A DNA stretch of 64,000 nt from Phycisphaerales bacterium. Lineage in GTDB: Bacteria; Planctomycetota; Phycisphaerae; Phycisphaerales; UBA1924. A model generated the notes under the pieces. It made no database searches. It saw only the letters and a program-made list of their open reading frames with translations, and had not been told where the DNA came from. Every line of letters starts with the position of its first letter. Positions within the stretch are counted from its first letter, which is position 1. Shown in pieces: positions 26,124 through 36,543 of this stretch. Made by a program: the position numbers and the translations under genes. The stretch covers positions 608,001-672,000 of the forward strand of contig OZ245777.1 in the NCBI GenBank assembly GCA_965227775.1, given 5' to 3'.

Positions 26124-28742
26124 ATGTGGGGATGTCGCGTACGAAGTGTGGTCGGGTCGTTCGTGCTTTCGGCGGCTGCGCTTGCCGATCCGGCGCCGAT
26201 CTCGGGCGTGGTAACAAGCGAAGCCGGCGGCACCATCGATGGCGCGCGCGTTGTGATCTGGACGGGCGAGGCGATCAATGAGGTCCCGCTGCTCTGTCCG
26301 AGTTGCTACGCCGATTGCGGCCGGGCCGAGACTACCGACCAAGCTGGCGCGTTCACGTTCGATGAGGTCGACGACGAGGTCGCCTTCCGGCTGGTCATCG
26401 TGGCCGATGGGCACCACCCGCTGCACACACCCTACGTGACGCCGGGACAGGAGCCCCGAACGTTCCAGCTGCGTCCGCGAGAGGCCGTCGAAGACCCCGC
26501 CCGGCTGATCCGCGGCAGGGTTGTGGACGCCGAGGGGCGGCCCATCGCCGACGCGATGGTGGATCCACAGCTCTGGTGGTTCGAGGGACGCCGTGGCGGA
26601 AGCTATCTCGAAGGCTCGGATCCGTTCGCCTTTACCGGCGCCGACGGTCGCTTCGAGCTCGCGGCTGGCTCGCCGGTGCACGGAGCCATGCTCCACATCG
26701 AGGGCCCGGTGATGGCGCCGAGATACGTCGAACTCGTGCGGTCGGGCTTGCCGCCAGAAGACCAGCCCGACATCACGCTGCACACCGGCGTCACGGTCAA
26801 CGGTCGCTTGGTAGGGACCGATGGCCAGCCGCTGCCCGACGTCACGCTGAACCTCAGGTCCGTCAGTCGATTCATCGGCGTGTACTACGGCCCGGTCACG
26901 TATGGCACCGACGAGAACGGGCGCTTCAGCTTCCAGAACGTGCCCGCAAATATGGCCGTCGAGATCGTCGGCGGCATGGTCGAACTCCGTGGTCACGGCG
27001 TGCCCGAGGCGACGCTGTTGACCACTGGCGACAACGACACAACCTCCGACGTGGGCGACATCCACCTCGAGCCAGGACACACGATCCGGGGCCGTGTCGT
27101 GCTCAGCGACGGCAAGCCGCTGCCCCCGAACGGACGGAAGATCGAGTTTGGCGCTCGCGGAGACCTGCAGCGTGCGGACGTCGGTGATGACGGCTCGTTC
27201 GTGCTCGAGAACGTGCCAGCGGGCGAGGCCAGCATGAGCGTGCAGATGCCCGGCTACCACATCAGCCGCTGGAACCCCAACCGCGACCAGGTAAATCGCG
27301 GCCTGATCGGCACAGTCACGGGCAACATCGACGACTTCGTCGTGCTGCTCGAACCCGGCTTGGAGCGGCAACAGGCCGATTGGCATCGATTCCGCACGGG
27401 CGAGCACGTGCCGACGCTCCGAGGTATCGACGAGCCGCTCCCCCAGGCGGTCGGTGGACGCCTGCGCGCCATTACGATCGACCCACGTGTCGCGAGCGCC
27501 GAGGGTTGGAAGAACCAACCCTGGCACGCAACGGTGACGCTTGCTGCCGACACAACTCCGGACACTCCTCGAACGATCGATGTGTCGGCGAGCGACCCGA
27601 CACGACCATACCTGCCCGCCCAGCAGTGGACCATCGAGGCGATGCACGAACTCGTCGGGCTCCAGTGGCCTGAAGAGTTTGGTGACGCCCGCGTGCTGCG
27701 GTTTGAGCTGCGCGAGGGTGAGAACCACGCAGACACCATCGTCGATCGTGGCTTCCCGGGCATGAGCCGCTTCGTGCTCCACGAGCCGCAGCAAGCGGGC
27801 GAGGCGAACGTTTCGCTCGGCCGAGTGCTAGACGCATCGGGCCAGCCCATTGCCAGCGCGCACGTCACGCCCGTCGCGTACTGGAAGCACAGCACCGGAC
27901 GCTCGCCGTGGCCCGGCGGCACTCGGATGACCGCGACCGACGACCAGGGTCGCTTCGGCGTGAGCGCCACCGAGGGCTACGACCGCGTGCAGGTGCGCGT
28001 CTCGGCACCGGGACATGCCGACCAGCAGTTCGACATCGTGCCGGATGAGCAACGGCGAGATCTGGTACTGGCGCCGTCCGCGGCGTTGTTGATGATCGCC
28101 CTCGAAGCCGCAGGCGATCCGGCCCGGCACGCAGTGGCAACGCTCTGGCGCCAGAACGACTCGCGGCTATGGACGGTCATCGACTTCGCTATGGCCGACA
28201 GAGCAGGGAGCATCACCTTCGAGCAGGCGCCCTCGGGCGAACGCTTGCAGGTCATCATCGAGGATGCTGCGGCAGACTCCAACACTGCCTGGAGCGTGGT
28301 CGAGGTCGATCCCATCAAAGCCAAGTCTCATGATCTCGGAGAGATGAGAGCCGTCCAGACCGCGCTTATCACCGGCCAACTCGTCGCGCGCCACGATGTG
28401 GACCTTTGGGAGCGGCCAGCGATCGTGCTCCTCCGTGCGGCAACAGGTGAACGCTTCACCGTCTGGCCCGATGACCAGGGACAGTTCGCCTTCCCACCCG
28501 TTCCCGCCGGCGATGCATACGCGTTGACCTATCACGGACCGGGCTACCTGCACCCAGCGCACGGCGCCACCATCCAGGGCTTTGCCGCTGGATCGACCGC
28601 CGTCGGCGGCAGGCTGGAGGGCGATACGTTCCTGCGTCTGATGATCGAGCCCACGTGGGATGGCGGTGAGTCGCCGCAATTTGTGGGACAGGACCGCTCG
28701 CGGCCATTTACGAGTGTGTTCGGGCGTGGCCAGACGAGGTAA
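26124..28742 (+). CDS. Secreted protein with repeated carboxypeptidase-regulatory-like (prealbumin-like) domains
   Basis: Signal peptide; repeated (I/V)xGRV(V/L)DxxGxP(I/L)xxA..TDxxGxF units; N-terminal LCPSCYADCG. Confidence 0.75.
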   Translation: MWGCRVRSVVGSFVLSAAALADPAPISGVVTSEAGGTIDGARVVIWTGEAINEVPLLCPSCYADCGRAETTDQAGAFTFDEVDDEVAFRLVIVADGHHPLHTPYVTPGQEPRTFQLRPREAVEDPARLIRGRVVDAEGRPIADAMVDPQLWWFEGRRGGSYLEGSDPFAFTGADGRFELAAGSPVHGAMLHIEGPVMAPRYVELVRSGLPPEDQPDITLHTGVTVNGRLVGTDGQPLPDVTLNLRSVSRFIGVYYGPVTYGTDENGRFSFQNVPANMAVEIVGGMVELRGHGVPEATLLTTGDNDTTSDVGDIHLEPGHTIRGRVVLSDGKPLPPNGRKIEFGARGDLQRADVGDDGSFVLENVPAGEASMSVQMPGYHISRWNPNRDQVNRGLIGTVTGNIDDFVVLLEPGLERQQADWHRFRTGEHVPTLRGIDEPLPQAVGGRLRAITIDPRVASAEGWKNQPWHATVTLAADTTPDTPRTIDVSASDPTRPYLPAQQWTIEAMHELVGLQWPEEFGDARVLRFELREGENHADTIVDRGFPGMSRFVLHEPQQAGEANVSLGRVLDASGQPIASAHVTPVAYWKHSTGRSPWPGGTRMTATDDQGRFGVSATEGYDRVQVRVSAPGHADQQFDIVPDEQRRDLVLAPSAALLMIALEAAGDPARHAVATLWRQNDSRLWTVIDFAMADRAGSITFEQAPSGERLQVIIEDAAADSNTAWSVVEVDPIKAKSHDLGEMRAVQTALITGQLVARHDVDLWERPAIVLLRAATGERFTVWPDDQGQFAFPPVPAGDAYALTYHGPGYLHPAHGATIQGFAAGSTAVGGRLEGDTFLRLMIEPTWDGGESPQFVGQDRSRPFTSVFGRGQTR

Positions 28743-28799
28743 TGCTCGGTCGGTGCCTCAAGTCTTGGTCTTGCGCGCATCGAACCTACCATTGCGGGT

Positions 28800-29294
28800 A
28801 TGGCAGACCTTGCTCCGAATCAGCAGCAGACTCCGGCCCTGCGCATCACCGAACCTCTGTGTGCCGTGTTCCGGCGTCAGCTGAAGGCCGAGGGCCAGAA
28901 GTACACCCCCGAGCGGGCCCAGGTGCTCGACGCGATCATCCAGATCGACCGCATCTTCGAAGCGGAGCAGGTCATCGACGAGCTGCGTACGCGGGGGCAT
29001 CGCGTCAGCAAGGCCACCGTGTACCGCACGATCCACCTGCTGCAGGAAGCCGGCATTCTCCAACGCGTGCTGACCGAGGGCGATCAGGCCCAATACCAGC
29101 TCGCCTACGGCGAGAGCCCCAGCGACACGCTTGTCCGGCTCGATACGCGCGAGACGGTTTCGATCGACGTGCCCGAGCTCGCCGCGATTCGCGACCGCAT
29201 CTGCAAGGAATTGGGGCTTTCACCCCAGGGCCACCGGCTGCAGATCTTCGCGGTTGCGCCCGAATCGGCGCCAGCGAGTGACAACTCGGCCTAA
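28800..29294 (+). CDS. Fur-family transcriptional regulator (atypical C-terminal domain)
   Basis: GQKYTPERAQVL..VSKATVYRTIHLLQEAGIL winged HTH. No HHxH or CxxC in the dimerisation domain. Confidence 0.8.
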   Translation: MADLAPNQQQTPALRITEPLCAVFRRQLKAEGQKYTPERAQVLDAIIQIDRIFEAEQVIDELRTRGHRVSKATVYRTIHLLQEAGILQRVLTEGDQAQYQLAYGESPSDTLVRLDTRETVSIDVPELAAIRDRICKELGLSPQGHRLQIFAVAPESAPASDNSA

Positions 29295-29374
29295 GCGCTT
29301 GTGACGCTAGATCGTGGCTTGAGAAGCTGAGTCCCGTGCTGCTCCCGACTGGGCATCGTACAAAGCGAGCCTTG

Positions 29375-30403
29375 CTAGGTATCAAGACTCGCGAGCAAAC
29401 GATCTGAAGCAGACAATCCGCTCAGAAAAGCGCCCTCGACGCGGCCGCCGTGGCACCAATCGCCGGCAACGGCGAGGCGCGCCCTCGCATCGAGCATGCA
29501 GCCTCCATTGACCTGCGCCTGCGTCTGCGCGTATCGCCACCGGTGCGCAGCCGCGTGCTCGGGCGCAGGCAGGTCGATCTGTAATGCCTCGCCCAGAGCT
29601 GGCAAGAGCGCGTTGACCACGTTCTCTCGCTCCAACTCGATGTTCGCCTCGCTCCATCGCGGCCCCGCGTGCAGCACCCATCGTTCGCCCGCCGGCCTGC
29701 CGGGCTTGTTCGAGTCGCGAGCGGCCCAGGAAAGTGGATGACCGTTGAGATTGATGAACACTCCATCGGCCTCGATCGGCAGGCGGTCGTCGAAGGCAGC
29801 CATCACCGCCCAGCACGGCCGCATCTCGCAGGCCTGGGCTCGCCCTGCCAGTTTGGGCAAGCCTTGCAGCAAGGCGACAGACTGCGGCGCGGGCGTCGCG
29901 ACAACAAGTGCGTCGTAGCGCGCTGCTTCTCCATCTGACAGGTGCACGAGCCACGCACCTTCCGATCGCTCGATCCGATCAACCGTTGTCGAGTATCGCA
30001 CGACGACATCGCTTGCCATCGCAGCCACGATGGCGTTCATCCCTGGCGTGCCAACAAACCTAGTTGGCCCGTCGGGCTTCGGAAGGGCCTTCCCTGGCTC
30101 GTCGACGGTACCGATGACGGCGTCCCAAGCGGCACACACCCCCTCGTGCTGCCACCGCTCGACAACTGGAATAAATCGCTCGTCCCGTGCTGTGAAGTAC
30201 TGCGCACCATGGTCAAAGGAAACGGCGTTGCCTGCAAGATCGACTCGTCGAGTCGATGCCCGACCGCCGGCGCCGCGGCCCTTATCGAAGACCTCGACAC
30301 TGACGCCACTCTCGGCAAGTCGACGCGCCGCCGCCAACCCCGCGATACCCGCGCCGATGATGCCCACACTCGGCGAACGTCCCTGCGATCTTGCGATTGA
30401 CAT
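29375..30403 (-). CDS. FAD-dependent oxidoreductase, renalase-like
   Basis: IIGAGIAGL, DKGRGAGGRASTRR, FDHGAQYFTAR, HRWRYA, AGDWCHGGRVEGAFLSG. Confidence 0.88.
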   Translation of the reverse strand: MSIARSQGRSPSVGIIGAGIAGLAAARRLAESGVSVEVFDKGRGAGGRASTRRVDLAGNAVSFDHGAQYFTARDERFIPVVERWQHEGVCAAWDAVIGTVDEPGKALPKPDGPTRFVGTPGMNAIVAAMASDVVVRYSTTVDRIERSEGAWLVHLSDGEAARYDALVVATPAPQSVALLQGLPKLAGRAQACEMRPCWAVMAAFDDRLPIEADGVFINLNGHPLSWAARDSNKPGRPAGERWVLHAGPRWSEANIELERENVVNALLPALGEALQIDLPAPEHAAAHRWRYAQTQAQVNGGCMLDARARLAVAGDWCHGGRVEGAFLSGLSASDRLLASLDT

Positions 30404-30544
30404 GCCCAACTATTGGCTGCACGCCGCCAGGGTGCGCTTCATTCTGGGGATGACCACGAGGCACTACCTACCATCGGGTGGTCACTCGCACGATTGGTGT
30501 GCGGCTTGGCGTGGTCTATCGCGGAAGCCTGAGCGGAGAGATCG

Positions 30545-32602
30545 ATGATGAGAGTGTGGTTTTTCCTGGCCGCGGCAATGCTGTTGGCGAGCCCAATGCG
30601 TTTACTCGCCCAGGATGGTGCGAGTCTTGCACCTTTCGCCCCCACCGACGTGTTCGAGCTCGAGCGCGCCGGCGATCCACAGATATCACCCGACGGGCGC
30701 ACGATTGTGTACACGCGATTAGGCTTCGATGTCCTGCAGGACCGCGGAACATCATCGCTCTGGATCATCAACGAGGACGGAACGGGGCACGAACCGTTGG
30801 TTGTGCTCGAGGCCGGCGTGTCGCAGCCGCGGTGGTCTCCTGCAGGCGATCGCATCGCCTTCGTCTCGAGTTTTGATGGGCGCTCGCAGATCTTCGTGCA
30901 TCACATCGGTAGCGGCCGAACCGCACCGATCACCCGTCTAACGCAGTCGCCCAGCTCGCTGGCGTGGTCGCCCGATGGTCGCCATATCGCGTTTGGTATG
31001 TTCGTGCCCGGTGAGGGCGCGCAGGCCGCGGCGATGCCCCGCGCCCCCAAGGACGCGGACTGGGGTCCACCCATCGAGATCATCGACGACCTGGTTTATC
31101 GAATCGACGGTCGTGGCGATCTCGAGCCGGGCAACACCCACCTGTTTGTGGTCTCCGCCGAGGGCGGTACAGCGCGACAGCTCACCTCGGGCGAGTTCGA
31201 TCACAACGGGCCCTACTCGTGGACACCAGACGGTGCGAGCATCGTGCTCAGCGCCAATCGCCGCGAAGATCGCGAGCTCGAGCCGTTGGACGCCGACCTG
31301 CACGCTCTCGACGTCGCGACGGGCGAGGTCACCCAGCTCACAACGCGGTATGGTCCGGACACGCAGCCCGCAGTCTCGCCCGATGGGCGCACGATCGCGT
31401 ACGTCGGGTTCGACGACCGCTTCCAGGCGTACCAGCCCGAGAAGCTGTACCTCGTCGACATCGATGGCTCCAACCCGCGTATCGTCACCGAGGGGCTCGA
31501 TCGTGAGGTCGCGGCACCGGTGTGGAGCGCCGATGGTCGGTCGATCAACGTGCGTTCCACCGATCTCGGGCGCACCAAGATCCTCCGCATTGATTCAACT
31601 AGCGGCACCATTACTGAGGTCGCCAGCGACCTGGGCGGCATGTCGCTCGGTCGTCCCTACGGCGGAGGCTCGTTCACCGTCAGCAACAATGGCATCGTTG
31701 CTTTCTCTCAGGCGTCCCATACAAGGCCCGCCGAGCTTGCAGTCGCAAGGCGAGGCATCGTGCGAACCATCACCGATCTCAATGGCGATCTTATGGACCA
31801 TCGAGATGTGCGACCCATCGAGATGTTCTGGACCGACTCGACGATCGATGACAAGCGAATCCAGGGCTGGTACGTGACGCCACCCGGCTTCGACCGATCG
31901 AAGAATTACCCGATGATCCTCGAGATCCACGGCGGGCCCGTTGCGGACTACGGCCCCCGATTCGCGAGCGAGATCCAGCTGTTCGCTGCCGCGGGCTATG
32001 TCGTGCTCTATGTCAATCCCCGAGGCTCGACGAGCTATGGCGAGGCGTTCGGCAACGCCATCCACCACGCGTACCCGGGCGACGACTACCAGGATCTGAT
32101 CGACGCGGTTGATGACCTCATTGCCAAAGGCTTCATCGATGAGGACCGCCTGTTCGTCACCGGCGGCTCGGGCGGCGGGGTGCTGACCGCGTGGATCGTC
32201 GGCAAGACCGATCGGTTCGCGGGCGCCGTTGTCGCCAAGCCGGTCATCAACTGGTATTCAATGATCCTCTACGGCGATTTCCCGGCTTTCTTTATGAAGT
32301 ACTGGTTCCCTGGCCCACCTTGGGAGCACCAGGATCACTACATGGCGCGCTCACCCATCTCACTCGTTGGCAACGTGACGACGCCCACGATGCTGTTGAC
32401 GGGATCAAACGACCTGCGCACGCCACTGGCCGAAACCGAGCAGTACTACACCGCGCTCAAGCTACGTGAGATCCCGACCAAATTGGTGCGCGTCCCAGAC
32501 GCCGCCCACGGCATCGCGGCCAAACCCTCGAACCTCATCGCCAAGGTCGCCGAGATCCTCGCATGGTTTGAGGAGCATGATCCCGCACTCGAGAACAACT
32601 GA
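30545..32602 (+). CDS. Secreted S9-family (acylaminoacyl / dipeptidyl) peptidase
   Basis: PD40-like SPDG repeats, EIHGGP, NPRGS, GGSGGG nucleophile, D(LRT) and H(GI) triad. Confidence 0.9.
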   Translation: MMRVWFFLAAAMLLASPMRLLAQDGASLAPFAPTDVFELERAGDPQISPDGRTIVYTRLGFDVLQDRGTSSLWIINEDGTGHEPLVVLEAGVSQPRWSPAGDRIAFVSSFDGRSQIFVHHIGSGRTAPITRLTQSPSSLAWSPDGRHIAFGMFVPGEGAQAAAMPRAPKDADWGPPIEIIDDLVYRIDGRGDLEPGNTHLFVVSAEGGTARQLTSGEFDHNGPYSWTPDGASIVLSANRREDRELEPLDADLHALDVATGEVTQLTTRYGPDTQPAVSPDGRTIAYVGFDDRFQAYQPEKLYLVDIDGSNPRIVTEGLDREVAAPVWSADGRSINVRSTDLGRTKILRIDSTSGTITEVASDLGGMSLGRPYGGGSFTVSNNGIVAFSQASHTRPAELAVARRGIVRTITDLNGDLMDHRDVRPIEMFWTDSTIDDKRIQGWYVTPPGFDRSKNYPMILEIHGGPVADYGPRFASEIQLFAAAGYVVLYVNPRGSTSYGEAFGNAIHHAYPGDDYQDLIDAVDDLIAKGFIDEDRLFVTGGSGGGVLTAWIVGKTDRFAGAVVAKPVINWYSMILYGDFPAFFMKYWFPGPPWEHQDHYMARSPISLVGNVTTPTMLLTGSNDLRTPLAETEQYYTALKLREIPTKLVRVPDAAHGIAAKPSNLIAKVAEILAWFEEHDPALENN

Positions 32603-32687
32603 TTGGTAGTCGCACTCGTATTACGCACTTGCCACGAGCATGGGCCACCGCCGCAAGAGTATCAGTCCGCGTCGAGTGGTTCAGACG

Positions 32688-32828
32688 TCAGTCTTCGTCG
32701 ATCAGCACGCGCGATGCGGGTGTGTCCAGATCGTCGCACTGGCCCGAGCGAACCATCCAGACGAATCCCCATACCGCGGCTGTCGCCAAGGCGAGCGCGA
32801 TGGGCAGGACAATAAAGAGCACGCTCAT
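32688..32828 (-). CDS. ccoS: cbb3 oxidase maturation protein CcoS (46 aa, not in ORF track)
   Basis: Hand translation gives [46 protein letters not shown], matching the FxWxxxxGQxDD motif. ATG overlaps the ccoI stop. Confidence 0.85.
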   Translation of the reverse strand: MSVLFIVLPIALALATAAVWGFVWMVRSGQCDDLDTPASRVLIDED

Positions 32829-35272
32829 GCTGTGGACTCCATGGATACCTCACCTTTGGCATGGCCGGCACCAATGGCGATCGCAAGAACCGTGATCGAA
32901 CTGATCGGCATGATGATCGCAGCCGCGATAGGAGACATCAGCCCGACAAGCGTCAGGCCTGCAGCCAGTGCGTTGTAGCCAATGGCCAGACCAAGGCACA
33001 CGCGGATGCGAGTGATCACGCCGCGACTGGTGCGAGCCAGGTCAACCAACGGCGACAAGCCGGGACGCGTGAGGTAGACGCCCGCCGCAGCCATGGACGC
33101 TTCTGCCCCACCACTGACAGCGACTCCCATCGTGGCCGTCGCGAGTCCGGCCGCATCGTTCACGCCATCGCCCACCATGATCACGGGACCTTCTGCCTTC
33201 AAACCCGCAACGATATCGCGCTTGGCCTCGGGTAGGGCGTCGCCTTGCGACTCATCAATCCCAACCTGTGCCGCGACCGCCGCAACTGTTCGCTGATCGT
33301 CACCCGAGAGCACGCGGGGACTCCACCTCAATGCACGTAAGCTCCTGACCGCATGGGCGGTGTCCGAGCGCAGCGCATCACCTAGGACCGCGAGGGCTTC
33401 GACACGGTCCCCGAGTGCCACGAAGACCGCAGTCAGGCCCGATGCTCTGGCCTCCGTCGCCGCAAGTGAAGCCCACTGCGGTACCTCGGTGCCAAGTTCT
33501 TGCATGAGCGCGGACGAACCAACGGCAAGTTGCCCGCGCTCATGTGTAGCCGTCACGCCCAGTCCGGTACGATGCTCGATGTGGAGCACATCGCCGGTGC
33601 TTTCACAAGCCGAGAGTGCGCGGGCGATGGGGTGCGACGCGTCGGCCTCCATAGCGGAGATGATGGGCTTAAGGGTCTCATCACCCAGCCATCCACGCAG
33701 TTCGAACGCGCCCTCGGTGAGGGTGCCAGTCTTATCGAGCACCACCGTTGGGCTGCCAGCAAGGGTCTCGAAGACATCTCCACCCTTGACGAGCGTGCCT
33801 CGCGAGGCGAGGCGGCCAATGGCCATCGAGGTCGCGAGCGGTGTTGCCAGCGCTACAGCGCACGGGCAACACACAATGAGCATGGCCACCGTCGACTCGA
33901 AGGCTGCATGCAAGCCGGCGGGTAGCCGCAGTGCGAAGCACGTCGCACCCAGTGTGACGACACCGAGCACGAAGGGCTTGGCCAATCGATCGGCGCTCCC
34001 GATGACGGGCGTGCGTGATTGGCTCAGACGTTCGATATCGGCCATCAGCCTGCCCACGCGGGTGTCTCGCCCCGTCGCCGTTACGCGCACACGGATGGTG
34101 CTGGCTAGATTGAGCGTTCCTGCTGCGACCTCGCAACCGATCCCAGCCGCGACAGGCCGGCTCTCGCCAGTGATCACGGCTCGATCGATGTGGGTGTCGC
34201 CGCGCTCGATGACACCATCAACCGGGACGCACTGCTGGGGCGCAACCTCAACCACATCGCCAATGCTGACCGCATCGATCGCAGCATCAACGGGCTGATC
34301 GTCCTTGATCAGCACGACTCGTCGAGGCGTAACCGAGAAAAGCAGCTCGATCGCATCCGTCGCTCGTCGTTGCTGACGCATCTGCAACCACCGGCCGATG
34401 AGCAGCAGGAAGATCAGCATCGTGATGGAGTCGAAGTAGATCTCTCCCGCATCGATCACAACGGCCACCAGGCCCGCGCCGGTGCCGGCCAGAAGGGCGA
34501 GCGCGATGGGCGTGTCGAGGTGCCATGTCCGCGTTCGGACCGCTGCGAGCGCGCCACGGACGAACACGCTACCCGGCCAGAGCAACGCGAGCACACCGAT
34601 GGCGGCACTCAGGTATCGGAACGCGGTGCGATACGGTTCGGCGATCGCGTCGAAATACCCGCTGTACAGTGCGAAGGCAAGCAGCATGACGTTTCCCGCG
34701 CAAGCAGCGGCAACGCCAATGCGGATGAGATACGCACGATCCTCGAGCCTTCTCGCGTCCCGTGCGGCCGATGGCTCGACCGGGTGGGGCGGATACCCGA
34801 AGCGTGCAAACTCCCGCGCGATTCGGGAGAGCGACACCTCTGCCGGACTCCACACGAGTGAAGCGGTCCGCCGAGCTAGATCGAGCTCGACGCTGTGTAA
34901 CCCCTGAATGACAGTCGGCAACCTCTCTAGTAGCCACAGACACGCGGCGCAGTGCACACCCTGAACATAAACCTCCACCCGCATGAGTCCATTGGGTAGC
35001 CCCTGCGCGTGACGAGCCAGGAACGCGGCGTCGTCGAGCTCCGCAAAGCTGTCGCCGGCTTGGGTCGCCGGCTCGCGTTGGCCATCAAGCCGACGCTTGA
35101 GGTCGTAGTACTGCTCCAGCCCACAGGCGGCAATGGTTTCGTACACCGTCTGGCAACCATTGCAGCAGAACCGCTCGCCCGCGATCGAAGGCAGTCCGCA
35201 GTGCGCACATGGCTGGCGCGTGGCGGCTTGCACCGATGTGGGCGCCGTGTTGGGCGTGGCGACGATTGTCAT
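32825..35272 (-). CDS. ccoI: Heavy-metal (Cu) translocating P1B-type ATPase CcoI/FixI
   Basis: CAHCGLP, FCCNGC, HCAAC, TGES, CCPC, DKTGT, GDGVND. Confidence 0.9.
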   Translation of the reverse strand: MTIVATPNTAPTSVQAATRQPCAHCGLPSIAGERFCCNGCQTVYETIAACGLEQYYDLKRRLDGQREPATQAGDSFAELDDAAFLARHAQGLPNGLMRVEVYVQGVHCAACLWLLERLPTVIQGLHSVELDLARRTASLVWSPAEVSLSRIAREFARFGYPPHPVEPSAARDARRLEDRAYLIRIGVAAACAGNVMLLAFALYSGYFDAIAEPYRTAFRYLSAAIGVLALLWPGSVFVRGALAAVRTRTWHLDTPIALALLAGTGAGLVAVVIDAGEIYFDSITMLIFLLLIGRWLQMRQQRRATDAIELLFSVTPRRVVLIKDDQPVDAAIDAVSIGDVVEVAPQQCVPVDGVIERGDTHIDRAVITGESRPVAAGIGCEVAAGTLNLASTIRVRVTATGRDTRVGRLMADIERLSQSRTPVIGSADRLAKPFVLGVVTLGATCFALRLPAGLHAAFESTVAMLIVCCPCAVALATPLATSMAIGRLASRGTLVKGGDVFETLAGSPTVVLDKTGTLTEGAFELRGWLGDETLKPIISAMEADASHPIARALSACESTGDVLHIEHRTGLGVTATHERGQLAVGSSALMQELGTEVPQWASLAATEARASGLTAVFVALGDRVEALAVLGDALRSDTAHAVRSLRALRWSPRVLSGDDQRTVAAVAAQVGIDESQGDALPEAKRDIVAGLKAEGPVIMVGDGVNDAAGLATATMGVAVSGGAEASMAAAGVYLTRPGLSPLVDLARTSRGVITRIRVCLGLAIGYNALAAGLTLVGLMSPIAAAIIMPISSITVLAIAIGAGHAKGEVSMESTA

Positions 35273-36036
35273 GGGCAAAGCGGGCAATGCGCGTCGGTGG
35301 GCATTGCTTCAAGGGACGTCGGTTGCACACTCGGACCTGTCATGAGGCCGGACAGATCGGCGCGGTACACCCGGATGACAGTGAAGGCCGCGATCGAGAT
35401 CATCGCGACAGCTGCAACAACCCGCAAACGCGGGCTGAGTCGGGAACGCAACGTGCCCGCACCAAGCCCCAGCGCGGCGAGTATCGGCACGGTGCCGACC
35501 CAGAACGTGGCCATGACCGCCGCGCCCCATACTGGTGACGCAGTACCTGCGGCGATGATCGCGAACGCCCAGAGCCATCCGCATGGGAGCAGAGCCGTCA
35601 GCAGGCCAATCGCCAACGCGCGACCGGTGGCACCGAAACGATCGGCCTTGGCAACACCAGCGCGAAATGCTGCCTTCACGGTTGCTGGCGTGGAAATGTG
35701 AGGGAGCCGAACACCGGCCTCTCGCAGCAGCCATGCGCCGCCAACAACTAGCATCGTGGTGGCGGCCAGAACAGCCGCAGCATGTTGAAGGCCCGCCGCC
35801 CGCGCGCCCATGTCGATCGCGCTGCCAAGCGTCCCAGCGAGCACGCCCAGCACGCCGTACCCTGCGAGCCGACCGCCGTGGTACGCGAGCTGTGCACGAA
35901 GGTGCGTTCGGCGTCCGGCGTCGCGATGCGTGCCACACGCCATCGCCACAAACACACCGCACATACCCGCGCAGTGCGGGCTGCCAGCCAGACTGGCCAG
36001 CAGCACCGCCGATAGTGTCGCCACGGTCGGCGTCAT
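35269..36036 (-). CDS. DsbD_2 / sulfite exporter TauE-like cbb3 assembly membrane protein
   Basis: SPHCAGMCG, YHGGR, LLPCGWLW. Located in the cco assembly operon. Confidence 0.8.
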   Translation of the reverse strand: MTPTVATLSAVLLASLAGSPHCAGMCGVFVAMACGTHRDAGRRTHLRAQLAYHGGRLAGYGVLGVLAGTLGSAIDMGARAAGLQHAAAVLAATTMLVVGGAWLLREAGVRLPHISTPATVKAAFRAGVAKADRFGATGRALAIGLLTALLPCGWLWAFAIIAAGTASPVWGAAVMATFWVGTVPILAALGLGAGTLRSRLSPRLRVVAAVAMISIAAFTVIRVYRADLSGLMTGPSVQPTSLEAMPTDAHCPLCP

Positions 36037-36542
36037 GGTGCTCCCTTGCGACTGACAAAGTCCTGCGTGTGCACGAACTGGTCACGCCCGCGTGAAGCCC
36101 GGACGCGAGCCTGCCATTGGCCTTCCCGGGGCCGCTTGAGCACAGCCGTGTAGCTTCCATCGCCTTGGGATGTAAGAATGAGTTGCTGGGCATCCCCACG
36201 GCGGGCATGGTGAAACACCGTTGCACGAACCGAGGCATCGGTAATCCAGACACCCTCCTCGTCTTGAAGCGTGATCGTGAGTACGCCTCGATCTGTGACC
36301 AGTGTTGCGTCGCACTTCCATCCGAGCTGCTCGCTCGCGCGTTGGATCTCGCGAGACTTATCCCAATCGACCGCCTTCTGGTAGTAGTCGTTCTCGATGG
36401 CGTAGCTGGGATCGCTCACCGCGGCGATCACCGTGATTGCGCACACGGTCATCGATACCGAGAGCATGCCAACCACGGCCACCGGCCAGACCCACGCCCG
36501 GCCCGAACGAGGAGCATCGTCGTTGTGTTGCGGCTCTTGCAT
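36033..36542 (-). CDS. ccoH: FixH/CcoH family protein
   Basis: WVWP + TM, DYYQKAVDWD, Ig-like C-terminal part with GQW. Confidence 0.8.
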   Translation of the reverse strand: MQEPQHNDDAPRSGRAWVWPVAVVGMLSVSMTVCAITVIAAVSDPSYAIENDYYQKAVDWDKSREIQRASEQLGWKCDATLVTDRGVLTITLQDEEGVWITDASVRATVFHHARRGDAQQLILTSQGDGSYTAVLKRPREGQWQARVRASRGRDQFVHTQDFVSRKGAP

Positions 36543-36543
36543 A

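Noticed and set aside
25425..27794. 789-aa minus-strand ORF
   Set aside because: Antisense shadow of the C45 and prealbumin-domain genes. Arg/His/Val-rich with no motifs, typical of high-GC DNA.
32662..32886. 74-aa minus-strand ORF from the track as the gene downstream of ccoI
   Set aside because: Wrong frame; the overlapping 32688-32828 frame encodes a clear CcoS.
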